Below, piece after piece: positions 37,644 through 51,880 of a stretch of 64,000 nucleotides of DNA (position 1 is its first letter; each line of letters opens with the position of its first letter). Position numbers and translations under genes: made by a program. Under the pieces are notes generated by a model that saw only the letters and a list, made by a program, of their open reading frames with translations, was not told the origin of the DNA and made no database searches. Source of the DNA: Trichosphaerium sp. ATCC 40318 (lineage: Eukaryota > Protista > Tubulinea); assembly GCA_038496445.1 (NCBI GenBank), contig JALMLS010000353.1:62001-126000 (forward strand). Direction: 5' to 3'.

Positions 37644-40106
37644 TTAAAGGTCTGTTCCTATGTTTTGCTTGCGCCTTTTTTTATAAATGCGATAAGGAAA
37701 TATAACTTCTGGTTTCATAAACCCAATCACAATAACAATCACCAACACAGCAACAACAATAATCACAGCTGCAGCAATCAATCCATACTTTAGTCCATTA
37801 TTATTATCACTATAATCCCCAAGACACGTGTCAGTAAACGCTACGAATATCTGGCCAACACCACCTAAACCCACAGTAAATTACAAACAACAATTATCAA
37901 GAGTTTAAAAGCTCACTTTTTGTTGTGTCAAGTGACTGACTGCGGCACTCAAATATAGTATCAAAATCTACCATGAGTCCAGTTGTGTTGATCGCACATG
38001 ATGCTTGAATAAGAGGGGTTTCAGGTGTTGATACAGGGACATTGCTATCTGTAACGATTTTGATTGACGCATCTGTTAAGTCAATACATCCTGAGACGTT
38101 GAGTATTGAGGTGTAGTCAAGTGTAAGTGTGTTTCCAGATCTCCAACTCAAGTCACCTAACATGTCACAATTATTTCATGCCATGGCGTTGCATTTATTT
38201 GTTACCTGTGATTGTTATCAAAGTGTTCCCAACAAAACTGATATCTGCATCAACAATGTAATCTCCTTCAATTGTGCAAGTGTTGTTAGATGTACAGTTA
38301 AGTTGTGGTGCCACTATTACAAGTATAAGATAAACAAACCATAGGAAATGAAACCTGGTTGAGTAGAAGTTGGCATCAGGCTAGGTGCTGGAGCGATTGT
38401 TGGAACCCTCACGTCATCAAGTGTAAACACTACAAAAGTATTGTTGTCAATTATCAATATAGTTCCATTCTTATCTACTGTTGCTACAGCTATCGTATTC
38501 ACAGAATTGTAAAGTGTTCGCGTTGAATTTTCTAAATGTACAATCAGCACAAATAGGCAACAAAAGCAGGTTTCAATGCATTACCATTGTTTGATAACAA
38601 CAAAGTTGTATTAGAAGCCTCAAGCACAAATTCACCAGTTTGAGGGTAATAATGAACTCCACTTCCTTTATTTGTCGCATCTACCTCTACACTATAAAAT
38701 ACTGTTTTCTGGCTCAGTAACGTTTGAAAACTCAAAGAACTGTAGGGACCGATCATTGGTGACAACAAACACTGTACTGTTCAGGAATGCTACACCCTAA
38801 AACAGAAATTCGTTGGGGTTTTCATTTTGAATGTAAAACACGTGTTTTTGATTATTTCGCAATGAATTTTCAAATATTTACCTGTGGAAAAGGGTTTATA
38901 AAGGTTTCATGACTGTAAATACCATCAACCATATCTGTTTTAAGAAGTAAGTTGATCCTTTGGCTGAACTAACGATGTTCCAAACGAAACAATTTCTTCG
39001 TATTGAAAAAATAAACAGCAGTGCTCAAATAAGTTCTACCAATTTTCAACAGCCTCATGGAGTTGTTTCATCAAGACATAATCCAAAGCTTTAGCAAAAC
39101 AAATATGACTTTTGAGCACATGTGAACCCGAACAGCACATAGTAGAGAAATTAAAACCGGTTACGTTTCGGGCATACTTTCGTTACGTTTGGTATTCTAT
39201 TCGTTTGGAACATCGTTAGGCTGAACTTACTGGTTTCCAAGTTGTATCTATATATTCCGCGAACATCGGCGTGAACGGCAACAAGCAGATACTTGTTGGA
39301 AGGGTCAATTGCAATTTGTCTAAAACTCTGAGGATTGTTACTATTGAAATCCAAGTAACGTTCAAAATTCAATGATGAATCAAAGACAACCTTGTCGTTA
39401 GTTAGATCTAAACTGTATATTTAATGTCGTACAATTTCTTTAGTGCCATTACCAGTCGTTACATAAATATCACCATTTGGGGTCATTGCCATTCCTTAGC
39501 AAAGCTCATGATTGGCAAGTTAATGGGTTTAATTCTGTTACCTTGAGGACTTTGCAGACCAAAACTTTGGTATCCTTCCGAGTCATTCCAATGTGTTATC
39601 CTATCAATTTCGCTTCCTAATACACCAGTAGCAAGCAACACGAAACTTAGTACATACCAGTAAGGTTGAATAAAACTAGCGCCTTCATTTCATCAGAAGC
39701 CACAATGATGTACTCTTCAGTTACAAGTATACTTTGAGGAGATGTCACATTTAATAATAAAGTTCCGTTCAAAGAAGCTAAAAGCAACCTAAAGCTAATG
39801 GTTACCAAGAAAAAAAGATTGACGAAAGGTAAATTGAAAAAAAGTTAATACGAAAACTAATTAACCAGTATTTGGTTAGTACTCGCTTACGCGACTGATT
39901 TTTTCAATAAAAAAAATTTACCGTATGAGTACTTCTATTCGCGGTATATCGCCAAAGTATTGGAGTGGGAAGTCTTATCAGTAGCCGAAAGCAAAATACA
40001 TGAAAAAAAGAATTCAAACTTTTTTTGCGCTAAACGCACGTGATACTTGAGCTACAACTAGTACTAACGAAGTGCTAAATAATACGGTAAACAGAGAAGC
40101 TATCAT
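37644..40106 (-). CDS. Type I membrane protein, beta-propeller-like ectodomain (paralog A)
   Basis: Signal peptide; PQSIL, PQGMA, RQIAIDP, PQGVAF repeats; Cys stalk; TM; KPEVIFPY tail. Confidence 0.7.
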
Positions 40107-40284
40107 AAATAAATGTGTTTCTATTAAGATGCGGCTATTCCACAAATTGTAGCACCTAAAAATCTCCTTTTATGGCAAACGGTCAAAGCAAGTAACTCTA
40201 CAGTATTATTGTGTCATTCAAATGAATGGATAATAATATCTTGACATTTTATTTACTAAGGTTGGTTCTTAACAATTTGGTGTT

Positions 40285-40700
40285 TTTTTGCTTTCTAACG
40301 TTGTACTTTGCCTATAAATGCGATAAGGAAATATAACTTCTGGTTTCATAAACCCAATCACAATGACAATCACCAACACAGCAACAACAACTGTAGCAAT
40401 CAATCCATACTTTAGTCCATAATTATTGTCACTATAATACCAAGACACGTGTCAGTAAGTTTCCACTATTATCTACTGTTGCCACTGCCATTTGACTTGA
40501 CGGTGTGTTAAGTCGTTTATATACACTACCTGATAGCAATCAGTGAGTACTTAACTACTAAAAAACAAGCAGTTACCATTTGAAGTCGTAAATAATTAAT
40601 GCCGGGTCCCTGTTATCACTCGAAGAAACAACAATTTTATCGCTAGTGACGTATACTTTGAGGATTAAGCTAAAGATAGGTCAAAAAACAATAAAAAAAA
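40285..40700 (-). pseudogene. Collapsed fragment of the propeller membrane-protein family
   Basis: 40310-40456 is near-identical to the paralog A TM exon (with a deletion) and is fused directly to scraps of internal exons. Confidence 0.7.
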
Positions 40701-41030
40701 AGTTAATGTGAATGCTAATGCCTTTTTGGTTAGAGTAGTGGCTGAAGAAATAATGTAGTCTTTTATCCTTTAAATTGTCTCATCGCACGAAGAGCAATTG
40801 GACAAGGAAACCGTTAAAGTCTCCAGTGGCATCAGATGAGAAAGAAACCTTTTTTTTTTTTTGCGTTCTACTTTCTAAACGCCTCTTTTTAATCAATATT
40901 GTGTCAATGGACAATACTCTGAAATGAGGATTATAAGCTTAACACTTTATTTATTGAGATTTGTTGGTACAGTGTAACTGTACTTGCGATACACCACTAA
41001 GGCCAGAATCGTTGGTTCAAACTTCTCTTT

Positions 41031-43247
41031 CTATAGCTTCCTGCGCCTTGTATAAAAGCGATATGGAAATATAACTTCTGGTTTCATAAACCCAATCACA
41101 ATGACAATCACCAACACAGCAACAACAATAATCACAGCTGCAGCAATCAATCCATACTTTAGTCCATTATTATCAGTATCATCTTCAAGGCACGTGTCAG
41201 CAAACACAACGAATATCTGACCAACACCACCTGAAACGTGATAGATTGAATTAGTTTAAAATCATCAAGTGTTTAGACATACTTTTTGTTGTGTCAAGTG
41301 ACTGACTGCGGCACTCAAATATAGTATCAAAATCTACCATGAGTCCAGTTGTGTTGATTGCACATGATGCTTGAATAAGAGGGGTTTCTGGTGTTGATAC
41401 AGGGACGTTGTTATCTGTTAAAACAACTTTGATTGAAGCATCTGTTAAGTCAATACATCCTGAGACGTTGAGTATTGAGGAGTATTCAAGTGTAAGTGTG
41501 TTTCCAGATCTCCAACTCAAGTCACCTAAAATGTCATAAATATTTACAACGGTGTATTATTTATTACCTGTGATTGTTATCAAAGTGTTCCCAACAAAAC
41601 TGATATCCTCATCAATAATGTAATCTCCTTCAATTGTGCAAGTGCCGTTAGATGTGCAGTTAGGTTGTGGTCCCACTAGAACAAGTGTAAGGTGAAGCAA
41701 TCATTGAATGCGCAAACTTGAAGACATCGTACTGTTGGTTAAAGAGGGCGGAATAGTTGTTGGTAAAAGCATCAGACCCAAGTCGTTAGGCGTGTATACT
41801 TTAAAGGTATCGTTGTCGATTATTAATACATTTCCAAGAGCATCTATTGTTGCGACTACTATAAAATCCGAGGACAAAGCGCTAAGTTGTTTATACACAG
41901 TACCTAATAACAATGAGTTCACATTAAAAAACCCTATTCACCATTATCATGTAGCAAGAACGTTGAATTCTGACCCTCTAGTACAAAAAATCCATCAGCA
42001 CGTGCATAGTTATGAACCCCTCTCCCGTCTCCTTCCCCGGGCAACGAGATATTATGCAACAAAGTGTCATTGTATGTAAGCGCAGGATGTATAAAAAACT
42101 CAAAGAAGAGCAGGGAACTCGCACTGGTGGCAACAAACATTGTATTGTTCAAGAATGCTACACCCTACAACAGAAATCACGTTGGGTTTTTTTCAACATG
42201 AGCTTAATTCGCTTGTATTAAAACTATAGCATAATGGTATACTAACCTGTGGGTTTATTCCTTTAAACTCAGCATGTTCGTAAACGCCCTGAAATGAACC
42301 TGTTTTGACACGATCAGTAAAAATTTGTACCTAAAGATAAAGTTGTACCTGACAAACTGTATCTATGTATTCCGTTATGTTCTGAAAATACAGCTATGAG
42401 AAGACATGTATCAAATGGATCAATTGCGAGTTGTCTCATAGTATCTGCCGGAGTGTTGTTCAGGCTTAAAAATTTGATAAATCCCAAAGACGAGTTAAAG
42501 ACAACCTTACTGTGAGTCAGATTTAGTATTGTACGCACTATCGTACAATTTCTTTGGTGTCAATACCAGTCGTAACATAAATATCACCATTTGAGGTCAT
42601 TGCCATTCCTTAAACAAACTTAGGTTGTCCAGCGTGCAAGTATAAGCAAAACAACATGCAAAAAATTTTTAGTTTGAAAGAAACGGCGAAGTTACCTTGT
42701 GGGTGCCTTCCAATAAACTCATAGGTTTGACCACTAGAGTCCCACGATGTTTTAATATCAATTTCCATTCCTTCCAATGTCACTCAGCGACCGATAAAGT
42801 AGAATACATACCAGTTAAGTCATAAATAGCTAGCGCTCGAGTAGTAATGTTATTATCATTCATAGCCACAATGATATTTTCATTTGTTACAAGTATACTT
42901 TGAGGACCTGTTACGTTCAATGTTGTATTCAAGAAAGCTAAAAATAATCCGTTAGGCTCTTAATACGAAAACCTAATTAATCTATGCGCCTTATGACTTC
43001 ACAGCTTTGTTTAGCGTTGCCGAAAGAAAAAATTAATAATTCGTATCTAATTATCTCAAGTAGTGTTATCTTTTTGAGCCACCATTGAGTTGGAAATCGT
43101 ACAGTCTCCAGTGGAGTTCATACGAAAAAAGAAATTAACTAATCTAAATTTTGTTCTAGTTTACTTAGAAGTAAACGCACGTGGTAATTGAGCGACAACA
43201 AAACCAAAAGAACCAAAAAATAAAATAATAACGAGAGGTGCGCCCAT
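41031..43247 (-). CDS. Type I membrane protein, beta-propeller-like (paralog B)
   Basis: MGAPLVIILFFGSFGFVVAQ; same exon series as A; KPEVIFPYRF tail. Confidence 0.7.
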
Positions 43248-44807
43248 TGAGAGTTTAAGTCAAACTGGCACAAATTCTTTTATTGGACGAAAAAAGCTTA
43301 GGATATTTCGCACTAAAGAGAATTTTATTATGTAGTTCCCATTTGGAAAAGAAATTGCAAAGTTCTTAGCAGCAAACAAAACGTGAAAGTATATTTTTGT
43401 GCATTATCTACTATGTTCCTGAGTTAAGTTTTTTACATGCGTTTTTTACAAATTATAGGCAAATAGTCTCATCCCCAACGTCGCGTGTTCCATCATAGAC
43501 ATCTAGAAAGCTCCAATCAATTGCCTTGTATACTCTAGTATCATTGGAAGGAGTTTGGCTACAAACGCGATATCCAATGTTTCGTTTTTTTTGTGCTGTG
43601 GCAACTTCTTCATTGTACTCAACCCTCAAGCACCTGGCCTTGCGTAGGCGTGATTTTGAGTGGTTTTAGGTATTTTTTATTTGCGTTAGATTCACGCGTT
43701 CTTGTTGATCTACAATACCAGATTGGAGGAGAGAATACGTCTCACTCAGCTTCGATCCCCTGGATCACGTAGCCAGAGACCCTTCCCATTTATTAAATTG
43801 GAGTTATCTCTTGTACATATACAACAAATTACCTAAATCAATTGAAACATTCAATCAATCAACACAACAACTTTTGGAATCGTAATCTGCCATTGTATAG
43901 AACTGCTACTTGCTGATGTTGTTTTACGATACTACCGTACTTAAACAACTACCTCGCTTATCAAACGCCAGTAAAATACTTATTTATACTGTCATTAATT
44001 AATGGTTCACTAGGCCTGAATTTCTTTCTGATAACCTCAGAAAGTGGGCTAAGGTCAAAAAAAACAATAAAAACAGTTAAAAGATGTTTCCCACCGTGTG
44101 TGCGTGTATACAAGAAGCGGAACTGGTTAATAAAATTCTCTCTAATTAGTACGAGATTGTATAAATCCGGGCATCTCTACACAACCTCCAACATCATAAC
44201 ACAGCAAGCCTAAATAACCCCATCAAAACATACCAGAGGCCAGATGTTCTTTCTTCCAAGGGATTACATCACTGTCTTGGGTTGGTTGAACGAGGATCTA
44301 CAGTCAGCGAACTATGAACACGAACATGTTAGGTTTTTAAGTGAATTTACAGAAAGCAAGATGGCCACGCTTCTATGTTCGTACCTTTTGTTACTTCGAT
44401 TCTTAATGGTACTACGATGGTTTTAATACAAGGAGAGGATTTCAAAGAGCTACTTAAGTATTATTGAACCTGATAACCTCACAGTAGTAAAGGATGGCAT
44501 TCAACATTGGTGATTGAATCGATCCAGTACGTTTAAGTAGGAAAAAACTAAGAATAGTGTTACGCTTTGAACTTTTCGAAATCTGTTCAACAAATTTAAT
44601 ATGAATTCCTGTTGACAAAGAAAATCCCTAGCAGTGTAAATGCAACATTTGACTCTACCAGTAATCCCAAGGACTCAAGATCAACATACAGTCAAACTGC
44701 TTTTGAAAAAGCACAAAATACCTGTTCCGACTCAATATTTCCACCACGAACAAATACAGAACAGACGCTTTAATTTTCTCCAAGGATGTAGATAAGTAAT
44801 TTATTTA

Positions 44808-46976
44808 TCAAGGGTCATTTTGTTGTCTTTTTCTGTAAATGTGATAAGGAAATATAGCTTCTGGTTTAACAAAACCAATCACAACAATGATCACAATAAT
44901 AGCAATAACGACAATAATACCTGTAGCAATTAATCCATATTTTAGTCCATTGTCATCCCCACCATCAAGGCAGGTGTCAGATAACACAACAAACACAATA
45001 GATATATCTCTAACTTCTAAAATCAGGTTAAGGCGGTCTCAACAGCACTCTAACTTGGGGAACGCACTTGTTGTGTCAAGAGACTGACTGCGACATGGTA
45101 TATCATCAAAGTCAACCATGAGTCCCGTTGTATTGACATCACAAGATGATAGAAGAAAGTTGATGCGTTCAGAATCAGGATGCCCATTATCGAGGTTAGA
45201 CATAATGCTGATAGAAGCGTTTGTTAAGTCAACACATCCTGAGATGTTGAGTATCGTGGAGTAGTCGAGTGTAAGGGTATTTCCAGGTTCCCAACTCAAG
45301 TCACCTACAATAACATTGTTATCAAATTGTATAAGTTTTTGTTGGCTACCTGTGACTGTTATCAACGTTTTATCAACAAAATTTATATCCATATCAACTA
45401 CCAAGTCTCCATCAATCGTACACACACTTGACGTGCAATTAAACTCCATTTCTAAGGAACAAAATGAGATTTACTATGGTACAAGAGAGCACAACCTGTG
45501 GGTATTGTAGGAGCAAAGTTCAATAGGATGTGTTTGTGTAAAATCCCATCACCAATGCTGTATATAATCCCATTTCTATCAGTGGTGGCTACAACGATAT
45601 CATTTGTAGTGGAGAGCTCAGATATACTCATACAAAGGGAGCCTAATTTCTACAGCTTAGCAAAAAGATATTATTTCTACGAAATACCTACCATCGTCAT
45701 GTAGAATGTGAATTGCCCTTTCTCCCTCAAGTAAGAAAAGTCCTTTCTTTGGGTAGTTGTGCACTGATACTCCACTCTCTAGTATATTACGTGAAGCTAC
45801 TTGTTCTATCAATGCATCACTAACATCATCTTGGGTAAGGTTAAAGAAGTATAAATTGTGTCTTCCAGGAACAACAAAGATAACGTCATTAATGAAAGCT
45901 ACGCCCTATAACTCTTTTAGTCTACTAATTTCAACACTAGTGTATATTACCTGTGGATATATTCCGTCAAAACTACCGTAAACAACTTGTAGTGAAAGTC
46001 GATACGATCCGGAGGCAGTAACAACAGGTAACATATATCTATGTATACCACGATTTACAGCGCTATGATCAGCAACGAGAAGATATGTCTCAGAAGAGTC
46101 AATAGCTAGCTGTCTTAATTCAGCTGGTTGACTTTCTTCAAGGTATAAGGTATGTGTAAGATGTAAAGACGAATTAAATACTGCCTGCGCGGGATGTTAA
46201 AATTAAAGGTATTACAGCTAACTCACTATTGGAGATGAAGAAAGGCCAGTAGTTACATAAATATCACGACTTTTTGTCACTGTCATTCCTAAAGACGTTC
46301 AATAGGTATTGTACGGTTCTAGTACCTTGAGGGTGAGGACCACGAAAGTTTACAAACGCACCATCAATGTCCAAATTTTCTATATTTTGCATTTTTTGGC
46401 CTTGACTCATCAGCTACAGCGATAGAACCTTCTTGTACCTTCTAAGCCAAACACTTGAAGTCGTCCATTCACAGCCACAACAATTTTGTCATCAATCACC
46501 AGTATACTTTGAGGACGCGTTGTAAGACCCACCAACGGAACATCTGCCAAACCTGAATTGCAGTAAGAAAAAAATATCACGTGAAGTTTCAAAAGTGTTT
46601 GAAATGGCTAATAACACCTTTATAGCATGTCCGTTTAACCTAGAAGCTGGCGCTCCTGTAAAACACGCCTGTTCAGTAGACACTCACACGATTGTAGTTT
46701 TGATACGACTACGTTCTGTACGGTGAGTAGTATCCAACAGACACGTTTTAGAGTGTGACAGCTTGTTGGTATAACGGTCTTGTTACGCTAGCTATTTTAT
46801 GTTGAAAAAAATTATCTAAAATAGAGTGTTTAACTTCATGCTGCTCATAGTAGGAACAGAAAACAAAATAAACCAAATTGACTTGAAAAGGGTATTCGTG
46901 TTCAATACGCACGTGATACTTGAGCGGCAATAATGTAGATATATACAATTAATATAATACGAAGAAGAGTATTCAT
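44808..46976 (-). CDS. Type I membrane protein, beta-propeller-like (paralog C)
   Basis: MNTLLRIILIV…AAQ; RPQSIL, RQLAID repeats; KPEAIFPY tail. Confidence 0.7.
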
Positions 46977-47361
46977 AACAATAAAAATTGGAACTAACTA
47001 TCGCTAGAAATTTCACACATTTCCATCTTCAAGTGAGCGGGATAATGTATTTAGAAAATCATGTTAGTGCAATATAGAAAACTGAGTACGGTAGGTAGGA
47101 TCATTTTGTTTTCTATCACACTTAAGATTTTTTATAATGAGGCGTTTTACGAAACCATCACGTTGGCCATTTTCATCCTGCGCTTTATGTTTTTCTGGAT
47201 TCGAGTTTTAGTATTCCATTTTCATGCCACTCTTTATGTTCAACTTCACGTTTGTTATCTTTGAAATAGGCTTGACGTTTTAATTGAAAATATTAGTAAA
47301 ACTTGAATGAAACAGACAATAATCTTTTGTCGACGCAAGAAACTGGCATAGAAAACGAAAT

Positions 47362-49461
47362 TTATTTATTAAGCTCAATTTGTTGTACATTTTTTTGATG
47401 TCTTTTTCTGTACATGTGATAAGGGAATATAGCTTCTGGTTTAACAAAACCAATCACAACAATAATCACAATAACAGCAATAACAACAATAACACCTGTA
47501 GCGATTAATCCATATTTTAGTCCATTGTCATCTCCACCATCAAGGCAGGTGTCAGTGAACACAACAAATGCAATAGATATCTCTCTAACGTCTAAATCAG
47601 GTTAAAACGGCCTCAACATCATTGTAACTTTGGGAACGTACTTGTTGTGTCAAGAGACTGACTGCGACATGGTATATCATCGAATTCAACCGTAAGCCCT
47701 GTTGTATCGATATCACATGATGATTGAAGAAGGTGTTTAGATGCAGAAGTGCCATTTTCAGAAACAAGCTTAATTGAACCGTTTGTTAAGTTAGCACAAC
47801 CTGAGACGTTGAGTATCGTGGAGTATTCAAGTGTTAGAGTGTTTCCAACTACCCAGCTCAAGTCACCTAACAAATGGCATAAGTTAAGTTCAATAAAAAA
47901 CCTTAAGTGTTGGCCTTGTTACCTGTTATTGTAATCAGTGTTTTATCCACAAAATTAAAATTCATATCAACAATGAAGTCTCCGTCAAATACACATTCAC
48001 GTTCAGAACAAGCTAAAGAATTATCCGGTAAGCGTATAGGCTTTAAGAAACTCATGACGAACGCTGGTTTGCTGTAGGAGGAAGCGTAACAGGAAAAGTC
48101 AAAGTCTCTTTGGTTAATTGTCCACCCGCGGTAACTATGTAAATATTTCCCAACTCGTCTGTGGTTACTACACCATGCGCAAGAAAAGTCTTATAAATAC
48201 TACCTTTTTGTACAGTTAGATTGTTAATCATTATTGCTAATAAGTGAAAGCGTACCATTGTTGAAGAGCAAGTAGGTTGCGTTTGTTCCCTCAAGTAAAA
48301 AGTAGTCCTTATCAGGGAAATTGTGAACCGATAGTTTACTATCTATCAGACCAGGAAAATCAATACTATTCACAATTGTATAGTCATCAGTCTTGTCATT
48401 CTCAGAGAACTCAAATATGACAATGGAGTCTTTGGCTGATACAACAAATGTTGTGTTCGTTATGAATGCTACTCCCTATGATAAATGTTTCTTAGATACA
48501 CGTGCATGATGTAGAAATAACGAAACAAACAAACCTGTGGATCTTCGCCTTCCCAGCTGCCGTGTTCGTAAATAATGTCATAAGAGCCTTCAAAAGAAAT
48601 TGGAATGGTTGTAAAAAGTAGTAACCAGTACCAGTAATCGTGTATCTGAGGATGCCACGATTTCCACGCGCGTGATTTGCAACCAGAATAAACTGACCTG
48701 AGGGATCAATTGCTATCTGCCTGATCTGATCGCCTGGATTGTTGCTAAGGGGTATTGATTTTTTGTATTGCAAAGAGGAGTCAAAAACAACCTACGAGTG
48801 ACATTAAAATAATGGTAAAACAAACACTTGTTTTTTGATTTACAATTTCTTCACCAGGGAAGCCAGTTGTAACATAAATATCATTTCCAAACATAGTCAT
48901 TGCTAAAAATAACAGTAAGTGTACGACGAGATGATAAGAGCATCAACCTGTAGGGAATTTTGAGTTAAATACCGATTCTGCACCGTCGCTATTGTTCCAA
49001 TCTTGTACTTGGTTTACAAAAGTTCCTAGAACGTTAATGCCACAAATCAAAAACCTACCGTACCATTTAAGTCGTAAACAAGTAATGAGCCACCACTTTC
49101 ACTCACGGCTGCAATGATGGTTTCGTTGAAAATGAGTACTGCTTTAGCGTTCCTTGCCAATTCGATATTAGAGATAGCTACAGAGATAGTGAAAAAATAA
49201 CCTAACAATCTCCTATTACGAGTGGGCTCTGGTATTCCATGAGTCGGAAAAATTAGTTTGCCCCATTTGCTTACATATTGAAATGCATTGGAAACTTACG
49301 CATCACATAAGTCCCCGTGTTGACGAAAACGAAAATAAAAGAACAACAATTTGAACCAAAAAAAAAACGTGAACGGTTTGAATTTCTTATGAGCACGCAC
49401 GTGTTGATTGGGCTATAACAATACCAACAAGTAGAATAGTCACTAGATAAATTGTTTCCAT
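47362..49461 (-). CDS. Type I membrane protein, beta-propeller-like (paralog D)
   Basis: METIYLVTILLVGIVIAQ; IRQIAIDP; KPEAIFPY tail; 3' exon near-identical to C. Confidence 0.7.
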
Positions 49462-49782
49462 TTTCCTTGCTATACAAATATCTGGGCTTAATTCTCAGTC
49501 GTGGCGAACAGCAACTGTTAAACAGAAGTACTTCTCGCTAGTATTAAAACTATCTTGTGAAAAAGTCAAACATGGTTAGCTAACTAAAATATTTTCCACG
49601 TGCTCATTCTGTATGGATCTTATGTTCTTGTACGCTTCAATTAACAGCAATTCAACCGCAATCTATTTCCTGCTACGGAAATATTAATTTCTCCGTTTCT
49701 ATTCTTGGATCACGTAAATGTGGGTTTTTTTTCATCATATTCGTTCGCTCTCAACACTTTATTGGGTTGTACACTAAGGGAC

Positions 49783-51546
49783 TTAAGCCCCAATTTTTCT
49801 TAGTACAATACCATAAGGCCTAACATACTTTGTTTCATCTACAACTATCCATGTTTGCCCGTTACCTGTTTCCCAAACATGATCTGGGTGAACCCTACAT
49901 TGAAAAGCGACTTCATAAGTAGCACCACCAAACGAAATTGGAGCTTTGTAGCATTGCTCAACATCACGAGCAAAATAGATTCCCTTCGCAGGAATAGGAC
50001 CTTTACCATTAGTTGATTGTTTTTTGCCGTAAGCATTGGCGGATCCTGGAACAACCTGACGAGATTGAGCAATGCCTGAAAAAAGTTAAGTAGCAGAAAA
50101 AAACAAATTAAAAAAATAGTCTTGCGCACCTTTTGCTGACGTTAGATTTCCGTTTGGTCCATGAAAAGCTGCTACCCATTCACCAGGTGAGTTATTCATA
50201 GATATCCAACTGTTGTCCTCGTACAGGCCTAATACCCTCAAACCATACCTATAGTGTGTCAACGACATTTGTAAGTTTTAATTGTATGTTAAAGGAACCT
50301 TTTCCATTGGCTTGAAGGTTGGTAGTAAATACTATTTCCGCGTTTTTGCTTATCGCCATTGGCACAAGGAAATTGAATATCTCCACGCTCATCAAAATCA
50401 CCAGGAGAGAGCTTTAAAGTGTCCATCACAGCTTTTAATTCAAGCGAAATATTTTTGAAAGCTGTCGGATATTTTGTTGTGAAGTGAGCTGAGAGCCGTT
50501 GCTTCTTACTAAGAATAGCTTGGGATGTGTCAATATCACTGGGGCTTAGTCTTTGTAGGACTGCTGCAGGTATAATGGCTTGTAACTTGACCGAACCATG
50601 CTTCATACCAAGGATGATGACTTGCTCCATTGGAATACTTAGAGCCTTTGAGATTTCTTCGCGAACTTCGAGTTCTTTTTCTCTTTGTAATTCCGGTTCA
50701 TTCTTGAGGTCACTGAATGTTTTACCATTCAAAAATTCTTGTTCGTAGAATGAAAGCTCTAGTACACAAGCGTCAGAAGGTCTAGAGCTGATGATTTGAA
50801 TGTTTGATTTCTTCTTTTCTTCAATGTTAAAATCGACGCCACATTCTTCGAAAGCTGATGTTAGAACACTCGTCAATGTCTTTAATTCCTCGTTTCTTTG
50901 AGTGTCTTTGTCATCGAATACTTTCTTTTCGATTTCAGATAGCTTTTGTTCCGTTGTTACAACCGCCTTCTTGTCAGCATCTTTCAAACCGTCGACATAA
51001 AAACTGCGTAATTCCGTGTTCAGACGTTCAGCTATTTCGAAGTCGTTACCAAACCTCTCCTTCTCTTCTTCGCTCACTGTTACCACTTCCTTATCGTTAA
51101 AGTCAATGTATTCTTCTTTTTCACTGTACGAATTGATAATGCTTTTTGTCAGCACGTCGCTGAGACCTTGAAAAGACGGTCAACTCTAAGACATCGTGTT
51201 TAACTTTTTTAGCGACGTTACCTAGTTTAACAAAATTACAAGCTCCTCTTCTCATGTTAACAGTTTTACAAGAGTCATCACACAGTAATCTACCATCTAC
51301 AAGAAACTGGTAATAGTAAGTTCCTGGCTGGAGTTCTACAGTTCCTTCAAATGAACCGTCAGAATTTTGCTCCAATTCCATTGGCATTTCCCAGTTATGC
51401 CATGACCCTATGACTGACGCTGTACTCCCATTGTGAGTCCACCGAAAACCTAACGTAGTATGTAAGCTTTTTTGGCCACAACAGCATTTCAGGGTGACAT
51501 ACGGAGAGTTGTTGTCATAGTTGTTGGATATTGTTAAGTTGGTCAT
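49783..51546 (-). CDS. CBM48 (AMPK-beta-type glycogen-binding) + SEA-like + NEURL4/Gig2-like ADP-ribosyltransferase-fold protein
   Basis: FRW…VIGSWHNW…LQPGTYYYQFLVDG; GMKHGSVKLQ; RGNSIYYQPSSQWKRYGLRV…W…AFHG…GIYF…FQCRVHP…VRPYGIVLRK. An intron at ~51171-51222 joins the two ORFs. Confidence 0.7.
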
Positions 51547-51880
51547 TATATCTTAACCTAAGCAGTTCCTTTGGCAGGAACTCTGGTTTGAAAACTGATC
51601 AGCATACATGTAAGGCGTTCCAACATGCTTAATATAATAGAGGTTATCGTAGAACGGTCCCAGCTTGCCGCTACAAATTTTTTGGCAAACGCAAATAAAC
51701 AGACTTAAATCAATCAAGTTTTGAAAAAAATGTCACGTGACAGTTATGTCAATTTAGCTGCTACAAACGTTCCCACTTACCATCTACTTTGTCTTGATAA
51801 CGTAGGCCTCCAGCAAAAACGAGAAGTATGACTTTGGAAGACAATGAAAAGATGTTTACTAGCTTGTGACCTTATTAGTA

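Noticed and set aside
51121-51222. Apparent frameshift between the CBM48 ORF and the downstream ORF
   Set aside because: Explained by a GTAACG…TTTCAAG intron.
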